DNA of 64,000 nucleotides. Origin: a virus. The translations under genes and the position numbers were made by a program. Shown in pieces: positions 54,399 through 63,789 of this stretch; position 1 is the first letter of the stretch, and each line of letters opens with the position of its first letter. Under the pieces are notes generated by a model. That model worked only from the letters and a program-made list of their open reading frames with translations, was not told the DNA's origin and made no database searches. Location of the stretch: positions 14,685 to 78,684 of the IMG/VR virus record IMGVR_UViG_3300028007_000001. The stretch is one strand, 5' to 3'.

Positions 54399-54645
54399 TC
54401 CTTTCCTCCCAATAGAGCGGGCGAGTGAAGTCCGCAGTTACGAACTCGCCACGACACGGCCAACTCGATTCCCTGTCGCCACCCATTGATGATGCGGCGA
54501 CCGCTGAGCAACTCGACGCCGTGATGCCTGCGTCGGGCCGTCCAGATGTAGAAGTGGCGAGATCTCCAGCATCGTCCGTCTCGATGCGTAATCCCCTTAC
54601 GGAGCGGAGGAAGTGCGATCGAGCGACGGCGAATTCGTAAGCAGA

Positions 54646-54939
54646 TCATTCCGTGTCTCCTGGACTTTCCGAAAGAGGCTTCTCGCCTCTCCGAATCCAA
54701 ACCAGAGCGTTTCTCTTTCGACTCACGATGATGCGGTATTGAGACTTGATCCCCTTCTTGTCCCACTCTTCGATCAGCGTGCGGAGGCTGTACGTCGATG
54801 CCTTCTTCGACCACATACGCCAGTATGTGCGGCGCCTCACCGCATCCCAGAGACCCGCCAGGAAGAGCAAGATCCTCAGAAGCACGAAGGGAGCAAGCAT
54901 TCCCGAGACAAAGATGACGGCGACCTTCACGGCGCTCAC
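54646..54939 (-). CDS. membrane-anchored hypothetical protein
   Basis: N-terminal TM; GTGA overlap. Confidence 0.55.
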   Translation of the reverse strand: MSAVKVAVIFVSGMLAPFVLLRILLFLAGLWDAVRRRTYWRMWSKKASTYSLRTLIEEWDKKGIKSQYRIIVSRKRNALVWIRRGEKPLSESPGDTE

Positions 54940-55646
54940 TTCCCTTCCTCCTGGTAGAGCGAAAGGAATCCCAAGGCGATATTTCGCACATCGTCTGGAG
55001 TGAGGGATTCGGCGTTGTCGTGGAGCACCCGCAGGACTTCTTTGGCCTTACCTAGAAGGTTTCCGCAATGAGGGCAGATAGCGGCGTTGTGGTGGTTGTC
55101 TCCGAGTGGGGCGAATCGAGCCAAGGAGATCTCTCTCTCGATCCTGCTCAGTTCCTTCTGTGCCTCTTCCAAGTGCCCGTCAGCCTCTTCAGCACGTGCG
55201 GTGAGATCGCTCAACTGCTGCACCATGCTTGTCTCGGCCAACTGGTAAGAGGTCAGATTGTTTCTCATTTCTTGCAAGGCGCCAGCGAGACGAGGAAGAA
55301 GATCTCGCACTTGAACTACGAAGTCAGCCAGTTCCAGGCCCGCTGGAGTGTCCATGCGCTCACGGAGGCGCCTCGCTTCTTCCACCAGTCCCGCCACGTC
55401 GTCGGCCCCGACCTGGGGCGCAGACGAACCGGCGCTGCACGACTTGGGGAACCGGCAGCAGCGAGGGTCGTAGAGGAACGATTCGCATTCGGGCCACCGT
55501 TCGACGCATTCGGGTTTGCGGGGGTCGTCGGCCCCGACCTGAGCGGGGTGATGTGCTTCGGGAACGTCGGCCTGCCCCATGTTGTGGCCGTCAGGCAACG
55601 TACAAACGAAGCCATGACTGGTGTGCCCGCAGATCGACTCGTTCAC
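54936..55646 (-). CDS. hypothetical protein with Cys/His motifs and coiled coil
   Basis: CGH...CTLPDGH; HHNAAICPHC. Confidence 0.65.
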   Translation of the reverse strand: MNESICGHTSHGFVCTLPDGHNMGQADVPEAHHPAQVGADDPRKPECVERWPECESFLYDPRCCRFPKSCSAGSSAPQVGADDVAGLVEEARRLRERMDTPAGLELADFVVQVRDLLPRLAGALQEMRNNLTSYQLAETSMVQQLSDLTARAEEADGHLEEAQKELSRIEREISLARFAPLGDNHHNAAICPHCGNLLGKAKEVLRVLHDNAESLTPDDVRNIALGFLSLYQEEGK

Positions 55647-55929
55647 TGTTCTTGTCCTTCACGCTCTAGAACACGGCGCAACTTTCTCCAGTCGGAGACG
55701 TGCCGAGTCCCTTCAGGATGTGGCTGACGAAGGCATCTCTCGCCCTTCTTGTTTCGAACCTCACATCGTGGAGCAGGAAGACGTTCGGAAAGTTGCTTCT
55801 GGTAAACCTTCTTGTATTGCTGCGGAGAAGCAACCCGAAACTTCTTGAACATGGAGTGCTCGGGAGACTTGCGATTGGCCTCGGTCATCTTGAGCATCTG
55901 CTTGGCAGCAGATTCGGAGCGAGCCATGT
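55643..55929 (-). CDS. small basic protein with C-terminal Cys/His motif
   Basis: RCE...RCLRQPH...H; start uncertain. Confidence 0.45.
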
Positions 55930-55965
55930 AGACGCCCTGCCACGTTCCGGTGCGGCGGTGCTTCC

Positions 55966-56400
55966 CTACGACCCACCACCAGTTTCCGGGGTACTGCCCT
56001 CGCTTTCCCTTCCGAGTCTTGCTACCCACACGAATCCCTTTCCTCCAAGGAGGGATGCTGAGAGGTCGCTCTCGCATACCTCGTCTGAGACGATCTTGAC
56101 TCCTTCTGTTGATACGACAATCCAACCCACGAAGGAATCCAGGTCTACCGTTCCGAGTTCATCGAAGACACTCCGGATCTTCCGAAGACCGAACCCGGAG
56201 TCCATCATCTGCTTGAGCAGAACTACCTTCCGGAGATCGCCTTCGGAATACATCCGATAGCGTCCAGACCCCGAAGGGTCGTTGATGGATGGAACGATTA
56301 GACGTGTTCGTACCCAGTAGTCGATCTGCCGGTACGAAACGTTTGCGATTCTGCACACGTCGCTCGACGTGTAGGCGCCTTCAGGAACGTCAGCAGGCAT
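55966..56400 (-). CDS. MerR-family HTH regulator, McdR/Rv1830-like
   Basis: VSYRQIDYWVRTRLIVPSINDPSGSGRYRMYSEGDL. Confidence 0.85.
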   Translation of the reverse strand: MPADVPEGAYTSSDVCRIANVSYRQIDYWVRTRLIVPSINDPSGSGRYRMYSEGDLRKVVLLKQMMDSGFGLRKIRSVFDELGTVDLDSFVGWIVVSTEGVKIVSDEVCESDLSASLLGGKGFVWVARLGRESEGSTPETGGGS

Positions 56401-56401
56401 G

Positions 56402-57004
56402 TCACCCTCCTTGAACTACCTCATTGTAGTTTCTCTGCGCCCACCGTGCAAGGTGGTAGGCGTCAGCCACGTCGTGGATAGGAGGGCACTCTGCCCACTC
56501 GGCCTGAGCCGCCTCTACCATTTCGGATTTTGAGGCAGCGCCGTTCCCTGTGGCCTCCTTCTTGAGAGACCTGGGAGGCAGAGTCGTGTAGGGAGCAGAC
56601 ACCCGGAACAGTCGGTTCTTGATGATGCCGTGGATCTCTGCGTTGATCCGAGAGCCGGGGTAGTTGTTGGCGAACGAGTAGTCCTCGATCACCGTCAGGG
56701 CAGGAAGATGCGACATCCACATCCCACGGATGTTGGAAACAATCCAGTCGATCCGCTCGTCGTTAGTTCCCCGGAACTTTCCGGATGGGAGCAGACCGCA
56801 CTCCTGCTCGTCCTTGGCTACCTCTGTTGGCAGATGCCGCCACTCGGACACCTTGGCGCCCTGCACCACCACGATTCCCGTTCCGGTTAGCGACAGATCT
56901 AGCCCCATGAATGGGAATGACCTTGCGCCCCTTCTTCCGGTTTCGGAACTTTTCGAGGACTTCCTTGAACTCTTCGCCCTCTGGGACTTCACGGTACCCG
57001 GCAT
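56402..57004 (-). CDS. ruvC: RuvC-like Holliday junction resolvase
   Basis: MGLDLSLTGTG, VIEDY, KKEATGNGAASK, DVADA. Confidence 0.85.
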   Translation of the reverse strand: MPGTVKSQRAKSSRKSSKSSETGRRGARSFPFMGLDLSLTGTGIVVVQGAKVSEWRHLPTEVAKDEQECGLLPSGKFRGTNDERIDWIVSNIRGMWMSHLPALTVIEDYSFANNYPGSRINAEIHGIIKNRLFRVSAPYTTLPPRSLKKEATGNGAASKSEMVEAAQAEWAECPPIHDVADAYHLARWAQRNYNEVVQGG

Positions 57005-57350
57005 TCCGCAGCCACTTTCTGAACTGTCGACGTTCGGGCTGGTTCATGCCTCCCCAGATTCCGAACTTTTCGTTGGTCGACACCGCCCACTGCAAGCACT
57101 CCCACTTGATCTCGCAGTTCAGGCAGATCGCTTGGCACTTCTCTTCCCGCTCTTCCCGCTTGGCTTTCGCTTCTTCCCGGAGGTCGACTTCTTCCCCGTA
57201 GAAGAGGTCGGTCGCTCCTTTGCACTTGGCGAGTTCGTAGAGCGACCTGTCTTCCCACCAACTCGGAGTCCTTTCCGAACGGTGCGTGGACGCTTGGGGT
57301 ACGACTCTGGGTTGAAGTCTGGATCGAGTGCTGATCTGGTGCGCTTCCAC
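56763..57350 (-). CDS. whiB: WhiB-family transcription factor (second copy)
   Basis: AKCKG..LFYG...CQAICLNCEIKWEC...GIWGG; start uncertain. Confidence 0.88.
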   Translation of the reverse strand: MEAHQISTRSRLQPRVVPQASTHRSERTPSWWEDRSLYELAKCKGATDLFYGEEVDLREEAKAKREEREEKCQAICLNCEIKWECLQWAVSTNEKFGIWGGMNQPERRQFRKWLRNAGYREVPEGEEFKEVLEKFRNRKKGRKVIPIHGARSVANRNGNRGGAGRQGVRVAASANRGSQGRAGVRSAPIRKVPGN

Positions 57351-57568
57351 TGTCGATGAATCCTCCCGAGAGATTTCCGAATGTGCTCTTGTTGGAATGC
57401 CCCTTCCTCCGTGAACACGTCATCGACTACTGCGAACATCTCGCAGAGGGGCACCAGTGCAGGCTCGATCTCTACATACCTTTGTATACGGTCTGCCTTG
57501 CGTTGTGCAACCTTTTCGTTACGCTGAGGCACGGATCGCCTCGTTTCCTTCTTCCCAAATCTGCTCAA
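57119..57568 (-). CDS. hypothetical protein overlapping WhiB
   Basis: N-terminal ~90 aa look coding; the tail overlaps the WhiB frame. Confidence 0.4.
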   Translation of the reverse strand: MSRFGKKETRRSVPQRNEKVAQRKADRIQRYVEIEPALVPLCEMFAVVDDVFTEEGAFQQEHIRKSLGRIHRQWKRTRSALDPDFNPESYPKRPRTVRKGLRVGGKTGRSTNSPSAKERPTSSTGKKSTSGKKRKPSGKSGKRSAKRSA

Positions 57569-58409
57569 CGCCTGGGAAGTTCACGTAGACCTCTTGCATC
57601 TTCCTGCGGCCCGACTCCGACCAGCACATGCTCCTGTATACGCACCTGTCATACAGAAAGTTTCCATGATCGCAGTCGCTAGCCATCGGGGGGATCTCAT
57701 GGTTGTGCATCTTCATGGCGACGTTCTCGCACCACTGCACGACCTCACGCCACTGCTTCTGGTCGAAGTCGACGTAGAAGGGGTAGAAGCGAGCGTCGTC
57801 TCGGCACTCGTACAGAATGATTCCTCTTCGGATCTTCTTCGCCTTCATGTACGGGTACAACTGCTTGACGTGCGCCTCCTTCGGCTCACGCTTCTGATAC
57901 ACCCAATCGAACCCACGCCGGTTGATGGTCTTGATGTCGACCACGAACTTGATCCACTTGCCGTCGATCTTGATGGCGATGATCACGTCGAGGGTTCCCG
58001 AGACGTAGAGATCCTCGATCTCGATCCTCTGCTCGATGTGCAAGCACCGGAAGCGGTTCCGACCCAGGACTGCCTCCATGTCGGTGAACATCCACTGCCA
58101 CTTGTGGTGGTGCCAGTTCCCTGACTCCATCGTGAGTTCGCCCTCGGGGTCCGTTCTCTTCCGGCCCTCAACGCCCATGAAGGAGAACGCTGCCTGTCTC
58201 TCGCACCCGCAGATCTTCGACGGAGAGAAGCGACCGGGTGGCCTCGGAGCGGGAAGGGGAGGGATCAGATATTCAGAAACCCTCCTTCCTCTGAACCTCG
58301 GCAGGTCTCTCTTGATCAGGTATTCCTCGACCAGAGGCGTCAGGGGGTCTTCTCCCTTGGCCTTCATGTGCTTCACCAGCGAGGCGAGGATCCGAGAGTC
58401 GGTACTCAC
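57519..58409 (-). CDS. Cas4-like PD-(D/E)XK exonuclease
   Basis: FSPSKICGC, SGTLD...VDIKT, QLYPY, C-x8-C-x5-C C-terminal cluster. Confidence 0.85.
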   Translation of the reverse strand: MSTDSRILASLVKHMKAKGEDPLTPLVEEYLIKRDLPRFRGRRVSEYLIPPLPAPRPPGRFSPSKICGCERQAAFSFMGVEGRKRTDPEGELTMESGNWHHHKWQWMFTDMEAVLGRNRFRCLHIEQRIEIEDLYVSGTLDVIIAIKIDGKWIKFVVDIKTINRRGFDWVYQKREPKEAHVKQLYPYMKAKKIRRGIILYECRDDARFYPFYVDFDQKQWREVVQWCENVAMKMHNHEIPPMASDCDHGNFLYDRCVYRSMCWSESGRRKMQEVYVNFPGVEQIWEEGNEAIRASA

Positions 58410-58639
58410 GACTTCACCTTCTTTCGGATTCTCCGAGGCGTACGCTGCTCGACCTTCTGGATCGTCTTGTTGAGGCTCTTGCCTTCCTCGATGATCACGT
58501 TGCTGTCAGAGACCTCGACGGTCACACGCCAGAAGGGCTTGCCCTTGTGTTGCGAGGGCAGGCAGAGAGGACGGAGGTAGACGTAGTACCCCGCCCTAGC
58601 CCACTGGGCCAGAATCTTTCTGGCGTCTGAGTCGATCAC
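58406..58639 (-). CDS. small hypothetical protein
   Basis: GTGA overlaps at both ends. Confidence 0.6.
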   Translation of the reverse strand: MIDSDARKILAQWARAGYYVYLRPLCLPSQHKGKPFWRVTVEVSDSNVIIEEGKSLNKTIQKVEQRTPRRIRKKVKS

Positions 58640-58854
58640 AGTCTCTTGAGATCCCGGAGGAAGTCGGGGTCGGAGTTCAGTTCCTCTCCATCGAGAGAGG
58701 CGTGGACGATGTTGTGTGTCAGGTACAGCGCCTTGAGGATGGAGTAGGCGCTCTGCTGTACGTGCTCTTCTTTCCCGAAGACAGAGCAGTTGAGGACGAG
58801 GGTGAACTCCCGAAGATCCTCAAGACGCTCCGGAGGGGTGATCACCGTGAGCAC
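58636..58854 (-). CDS. small hypothetical protein
   Basis: Coding-like C-terminal portion of the track ORF; start approximate. Confidence 0.45.
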   Translation of the reverse strand: MLTVITPPERLEDLREFTLVLNCSVFGKEEHVQQSAYSILKALYLTHNIVHASLDGEELNSDPDFLRDLKRL

Positions 58855-59164
58855 TCTCTCGGGTGACGTAGAGGGTGATTCCGAAACTTTCGAACTCGAT
58901 GACGAGTCGAGGCTCACGCCCGGACTGGAAGGCGTCTCGCTCGATCTTCCGCCATTCATCGACGGAAATTCGGAAACCACTCCCGTCTGTGTATTTGAGT
59001 TGGTCGAGGAAATCCGGTCCCCGTACGTCTTGAGGCGCCCGCCAACTGCTTCCCGAACCCGGCTGAACCTTCCCGCCGACCGACTTTGCATGTTTCTTCT
59101 CCTGTTCCCTTGAGCGTCGGTTTCTGTCGTTCCCTGTGCGGTCGAACCAGGGAGGTAGTGCCAT
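58820..59164 (-). CDS. Hjc-like PD-(D/E)XK resolvase/nuclease
   Basis: QEKKHAK..GG..QPGSGS...DV...DQLKYT...PRLVIEF. Confidence 0.7.
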   Translation of the reverse strand: MALPPWFDRTGNDRNRRSREQEKKHAKSVGGKVQPGSGSSWRAPQDVRGPDFLDQLKYTDGSGFRISVDEWRKIERDAFQSGREPRLVIEFESFGITLYVTRESAHGDHPSGAS

Positions 59165-59165
59165 C

Positions 59166-60230
59166 TCAGTCGCCGTCCTCGGGTTCTTCGCCGTTGAGGA
59201 TCCACTCCCGCAGTTCGTCGGCAATGGCCCGGTTCTTTTTTAGCCACTTCTTGAACCGAGTACGGCCGTGCTGTCGCTCTTCCTGGTAGCCGTCAACCCA
59301 CCAGTGGTCTCCCCGCTTGTGGACGAGGTTGGTGACACGGCCCAGGTAGATCAGATCCTCGATCGAGTCGATCCCGGCCTGCTCGTAGTCGAACACGAAC
59401 GTCGTCTGTTCGTAAGGCTTGGCGCCGCCCGTCTTGTTCTTCTCGATCCGAGCAAGGATCCGGTGCCCGGTCACGGTGTCGGCTTCCCGAAGGTTTCCCT
59501 TTGAGGGGTCGATCGCCTTCGCCTTCTTCTTGATGTTCTCGGTCTTCACCATCTCGATACGAACACCGGAGTAGTGCCCGAGAGCACGGCCTCCTGACGT
59601 GATCGTCCTCTTGGCGAAGACAGACCCTCCGATGTTGTCTCGGACTTGGTTGATGAAGACGACGACGGTCTTGCGGTTCCCTGCGGTGATCTTCCGGAGG
59701 GCGTACGACATGAGTTTGGCTTGCTGAGTTCCGAAAGTTCCGTCCTGAGCGGAGGCTTCATACTCCTGCTTCGGCAGTAGAGCAGCCACCGAGTCCATGA
59801 CGATCACGTCGTAGGCGCCCGACCGGACCATCGTCTCCATCACGTCGACCAGTTGGTTGCCGTGAACCTCTTGCTCTTCGTATCCGAGTTCGTCCAGGTC
59901 GACACCGATGGACGCCGCCCACTCCGGATCGAAGGTCCGCTCGACATCGACAAAGGCGCAGGAGTGTCCGAAACTTTGCGCTGTGGCGATGTGCTTGAGA
60001 GCGACGTAGGTCTTCCCCACGGAGGCGTTGCCGTACAACTCGACGTACCGATTGCGGGGGAACCCTCCACGAAGGAGGTAGTCGAGCGAGAGGATGCCGG
60101 TGGGAATCCTCTCGATCACCAAAGACGGGTCAGAAGCCCGCCGTAGCGTCCCGGTTCCGAAACGATCGTTGATCAACTTCTCAACGTCGTCTCTCGTCAT
60201 GTCTTCTGCTACTGCCTTGCGTCGAGCCAT
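59166..60230 (-). CDS. recA: RecA recombinase
   Basis: RIPTGILSLD..LRGGFP, YGNASVGKT, VDVERTFD, IVMDSVAAL, FINQVR, SGGRALGH. Confidence 0.95.
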   Translation of the reverse strand: MARRKAVAEDMTRDDVEKLINDRFGTGTLRRASDPSLVIERIPTGILSLDYLLRGGFPRNRYVELYGNASVGKTYVALKHIATAQSFGHSCAFVDVERTFDPEWAASIGVDLDELGYEEQEVHGNQLVDVMETMVRSGAYDVIVMDSVAALLPKQEYEASAQDGTFGTQQAKLMSYALRKITAGNRKTVVVFINQVRDNIGGSVFAKRTITSGGRALGHYSGVRIEMVKTENIKKKAKAIDPSKGNLREADTVTGHRILARIEKNKTGGAKPYEQTTFVFDYEQAGIDSIEDLIYLGRVTNLVHKRGDHWWVDGYQEERQHGRTRFKKWLKKNRAIADELREWILNGEEPEDGD

Positions 60231-60236
60231 GATTCC

Positions 60237-60530
60237 TCACCGACCAGGGTTTGCGTTGGAGTTCCGGAGTCCCAGACGGCGCTTCGCCTCTTCCTCGCCA
60301 TACCTGGCTACGTCCGTGCAGTAGCACCCCGAGATCTGAAGGCGACAATCGTCACAGTGGATGATGACCTTGTTCTTGCAGGCCGAGCACCTGCGGATCC
60401 TCTTCTGGCCTCGCCTCCGGTTGGAGCAGTTCTTTGCCGCCACGTCAGACGTGACCTTTTCGAAGTCGCCCTCGGGAGTCCCGTCGCCGGGAACCTCCTT
60501 GTATCCACCAGGCGTCCAGAGTCTCGTCAC
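60237..60530 (-). CDS. Cys-rich hypothetical protein
   Basis: CSAC...HCDDC...GCYC. Confidence 0.6.
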   Translation of the reverse strand: MTRLWTPGGYKEVPGDGTPEGDFEKVTSDVAAKNCSNRRRGQKRIRRCSACKNKVIIHCDDCRLQISGCYCTDVARYGEEEAKRRLGLRNSNANPGR

Positions 60531-60573
60531 CGCTGCCTCGCTTCGTCGTTGCCGTCAGACATTGATACGACAG

Positions 60574-63500
60574 TCACCGTGAGTTCACGACGGCATCTGC
60601 GGTGGAGCCTCGGATCTCCTTGATCACCCGGACCTGCTCGTCACTGCTGCTGACTCCGACGTTCTTCCACTGGTCCGACCAGCGGCCCACGACACGCACG
60701 ATCGAGCCACGCTTGAGATCCCACAGGTCGCAGGCGTCTTCCCAGAGCGTGATCGTGTATTCCTCTCCGGGGGCGTACCGGATCGTCCAGACCACGAAGT
60801 CCCTTTTGTCCTTGCGGGTCTTGCGGCGCTCGATCTTCACGATCTCGCCGTACAACTTCACGGTCCCGTTGTCAGAACGGGGACGCTTCATCCTCTTCTC
60901 GTAAACCTTTCGGAATTCCTCCATCTGGTCGTGGAACTGCCACTCCATCCGGTCTTCCAAAGCCTGCTGGGTGGTCTCGATTCCGAAACATTCGAAAGCA
61001 CCCGCCTCGGTGAGAGCATCGAGCACGGCCTTGTTGCCGATCAGCGACCGGGCCTCTTCGATCGAGCGGTACCCCTTCTTGGGGCGGTTCGCCACGATCT
61101 TCGGTCCCTGCTTCTCACCGATGCCCTTCACGTCTACGAACCCGAGCCGGATGCTGTCCTCGCCCTCGGGGATGGCGTATGCGTCCGACTTGTTGACGTG
61201 GGGAGGGAGGATCTTGATGCCAAGCATCGTGGCTTCGCTCAGGTAGTTCTGACGCTTCTGCTTGTCGTTGGCGCTCTTCCCTTCGACCGTCCTCAGCAGA
61301 GCCGTGATGTATTCCCTGGGGTACAGGTACTTGAGCCGAGCCGTCTGGTACGTGAGGTACGAGTAGGCAACGGCGTGAGATCTGTTGAAGAGGTAGGACG
61401 CCTGGCTCTGGATCATGTTCCAGAGTTCGTTCGCCACGAACTCCGTCATTCCAGAAACGTTCTGGAATCCCTCGATGGCCTTGTCCTTGAGCGCCGCCAT
61501 CTTCTCGGCGTTCTTCTTGGTCATGGCCGTCTTGGCGTCGTCAACCTCGGCCCAGGAGAAACCAGCGCACGTGTGGAGGATCTCAAACATCTGCTCCTGG
61601 TAGATCATCTCTCCCCAGGTGGCGCTCAGGATCGGCTCCAGCGATTCGTGGATGACCTCTACCTTCTTGGCCTTCCTGTTGGCGAGGAACCGATCAGGGG
61701 CGCCAGCGATCATCGGTCCAGCACGGTAGAGAGACGTACAGGAAACAATGTCTTCGAACCGAGTGGGCTTGATCGCCTGGATCCCTCGGAAGTTCGTACC
61801 GCCCTCCATCTGGAAGACGCCGTGGCACCGGCCTTGTGCGAGCATCCGGTAGACCTTGGAGTCGCCAGGCTCTTCGTCTGGGGTCCAGTCGTCCGGCTCG
61901 ATGTCGACTCCGTGGGCCTTCTTGATCAGCCGGACTGCCTCGGCAATGGTCGCCAGGTTCCGGAGGCCCAGGAAGTCCTGCTTGAGTAGCAAGAGCCACT
62001 CCACTGCGCTCAGGTCGTACTGCCCTACCAACTTCTTCGGGTTGGGCAACCACATGAGGGGGATGTAGTTCTTGATCGGGTCAGAATCCGAAAGAATCAG
62101 AACCCCGGCAGGGTGGCTGCTGAAGGCGCTCTTGACCCCGGTGAGTTTGTCGAGTTGGTCGATCAGGTCGGGGTAGTTGTCGTGAACCTCCTGGGGGAGA
62201 ACCACCGCTCCGTCCTCGTCCTCCACGATCAGGTTGGAGAGACGCATCCGGTCTTGGAACGAGATCCCATGTGCGCTGGCGAGGAAGTGGAAGGCAGCCC
62301 TGGTCTTCATCGTCTGGAAGGCAGCCACGTGGACGATGTTCTCTGCCCCGAACTTCTCTCTGACGTATTCGAACATTTCCTCTCTGCGTGAGGGTTCGAA
62401 GTCGGAGTCGATGTCCGGCATCTTGGGGCGCTCAGGGTTGAGGAACCGCTCAAACAGAAGGTCGTAGCGCACGGAGTCGATCTTGTGGATCCCGATCAGG
62501 TAGCCGACGAGGGTTCCACACACCGACCCTCGGCCGGGTCCAACTCGGATTCCCTTCTTCTTGGCGTGCTCGATCACGTCCTGGGTGATCAAGAGGAAGT
62601 CAGACATGCCCGTCCTCTTGAACTCCCGCAGTTCCTTCTTCACTCGGGAGACGTACCGCTCGTCGTTCTCCAGTCCCCGACTGCGAAGCCCCTTGAGGGC
62701 CATCTTCTTGAGCGTGCGGTAGGAGTCATCCACTCCTGGAAACTTTGGGATGTGCCAAGAGCGTGTCTCAAACTCGGGGATCCGAACCATGCAGTTGCGT
62801 GCGACACGCAGCGTGTTCTTGACCCCTTCCTTCCGCACTTCCTCCGGGTACCGAGCAAACGCTCTCCGCATCTCCACGGCGGATCGAAGGTGATAGCCCG
62901 TTCCGTCAAAGCGAAAGCGGTTCGGATCGTCCAGGTCGCTGCCAGTCTGAACAGCGAGAAGAGCGTCGTGATACTCACACTGATCCTCGGTGACGTAGTG
63001 GGGGTCGTTGGTGAGAACGATCGGAACATTTCTCTCTCTGGCGATCCTGATCAGCCTCTTGTTGAGACGGTGATCGAACGCCGTGTCGTGGTTCTGGAGT
63101 TCCATGTAGAAGTTTCCGAAGTGGAAGATGTCCATCCACCACTTCGCCTCCGTCATGGCCTCTTCGAACTTTCCGTTCAGGCACTTCCGAGAGAGGGGAC
63201 TGTTGGCGCAGCCAGAGAGAGCGACAAGGTGCTGAGCGTCGTCTCCCAAGTTCTCCAGCAGAGATCTCTCCAAGAGGGGCTTGTAGTAGAAGTTCCTGTG
63301 GGACTCGGAAGAAAGTTCCGAAAGAACCTGGAACCCCTTCGCACCCACAGCCAGGAGCACGACGTGAGATCGGTCGGAGTCCTTCTCTTCCTTGGCGGTC
63401 TCCACGTCGTCCACGAAGTAGAACTCTTCGCCCAAGACCGGCTCGATTCCAGCCTCTCGGCACTCTCGGTAGAAGGACGGAGCGCCGCAGACGTTTCCGT

Positions 63501-63633
63501 GGTCGGTCAGAGCCAAGGCGGGCATCCCCAACTTCTTCGCTCGCTCGACGTATCCCTCGACCGTCCCCATGCCGTCGAGCATGGAGAAGTCAGAGTGGAC
63601 GTGAAGATGGACAAACTTTCCGGTCTTCTTCAT
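60574..63633 (-). CDS. dnaE: DNA polymerase III alpha subunit (family C, PHP domain)
   Basis: HLHVHSDFSMLDG, ALTDHGN, GPGRGSVCG, FERFLNPERPKMPDIDSDF, KQDFLGL, FNRSHAVAY. Confidence 0.97.
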   Translation of the reverse strand: MKKTGKFVHLHVHSDFSMLDGMGTVEGYVERAKKLGMPALALTDHGNVCGAPSFYRECREAGIEPVLGEEFYFVDDVETAKEEKDSDRSHVVLLAVGAKGFQVLSELSSESHRNFYYKPLLERSLLENLGDDAQHLVALSGCANSPLSRKCLNGKFEEAMTEAKWWMDIFHFGNFYMELQNHDTAFDHRLNKRLIRIARERNVPIVLTNDPHYVTEDQCEYHDALLAVQTGSDLDDPNRFRFDGTGYHLRSAVEMRRAFARYPEEVRKEGVKNTLRVARNCMVRIPEFETRSWHIPKFPGVDDSYRTLKKMALKGLRSRGLENDERYVSRVKKELREFKRTGMSDFLLITQDVIEHAKKKGIRVGPGRGSVCGTLVGYLIGIHKIDSVRYDLLFERFLNPERPKMPDIDSDFEPSRREEMFEYVREKFGAENIVHVAAFQTMKTRAAFHFLASAHGISFQDRMRLSNLIVEDEDGAVVLPQEVHDNYPDLIDQLDKLTGVKSAFSSHPAGVLILSDSDPIKNYIPLMWLPNPKKLVGQYDLSAVEWLLLLKQDFLGLRNLATIAEAVRLIKKAHGVDIEPDDWTPDEEPGDSKVYRMLAQGRCHGVFQMEGGTNFRGIQAIKPTRFEDIVSCTSLYRAGPMIAGAPDRFLANRKAKKVEVIHESLEPILSATWGEMIYQEQMFEILHTCAGFSWAEVDDAKTAMTKKNAEKMAALKDKAIEGFQNVSGMTEFVANELWNMIQSQASYLFNRSHAVAYSYLTYQTARLKYLYPREYITALLRTVEGKSANDKQKRQNYLSEATMLGIKILPPHVNKSDAYAIPEGEDSIRLGFVDVKGIGEKQGPKIVANRPKKGYRSIEEARSLIGNKAVLDALTEAGAFECFGIETTQQALEDRMEWQFHDQMEEFRKVYEKRMKRPRSDNGTVKLYGEIVKIERRKTRKDKRDFVVWTIRYAPGEEYTITLWEDACDLWDLKRGSIVRVVGRWSDQWKNVGVSSSDEQVRVIKEIRGSTADAVVNSR

Positions 63634-63789
63634 TTACAGGCTCCAGGCGAGTTGAACCAGACGAAGAGCGGCTGGGATTGCTGCCGCCATGACGCAGAGG
63701 ACGATGAAGAGTCCCCACAGGAAAAACACTGCCGCCCCGACTGTCTGCCAGGCGCTAGGCCCGCTCTTCACATGACTTCCGTTGGTGGT

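Noticed and set aside
57519-58409. Cas4 as evidence of a CRISPR system
   Set aside because: No cas1/cas2 or repeat-spacer array seen; stand-alone Cas4-like nucleases are common in actinophage recombination modules
59166-63633. Inteins or introns in RecA/DnaE/TerL
   Set aside because: Lengths are normal and no C-terminal HN-C/S/T or LAGLIDADG motifs were seen
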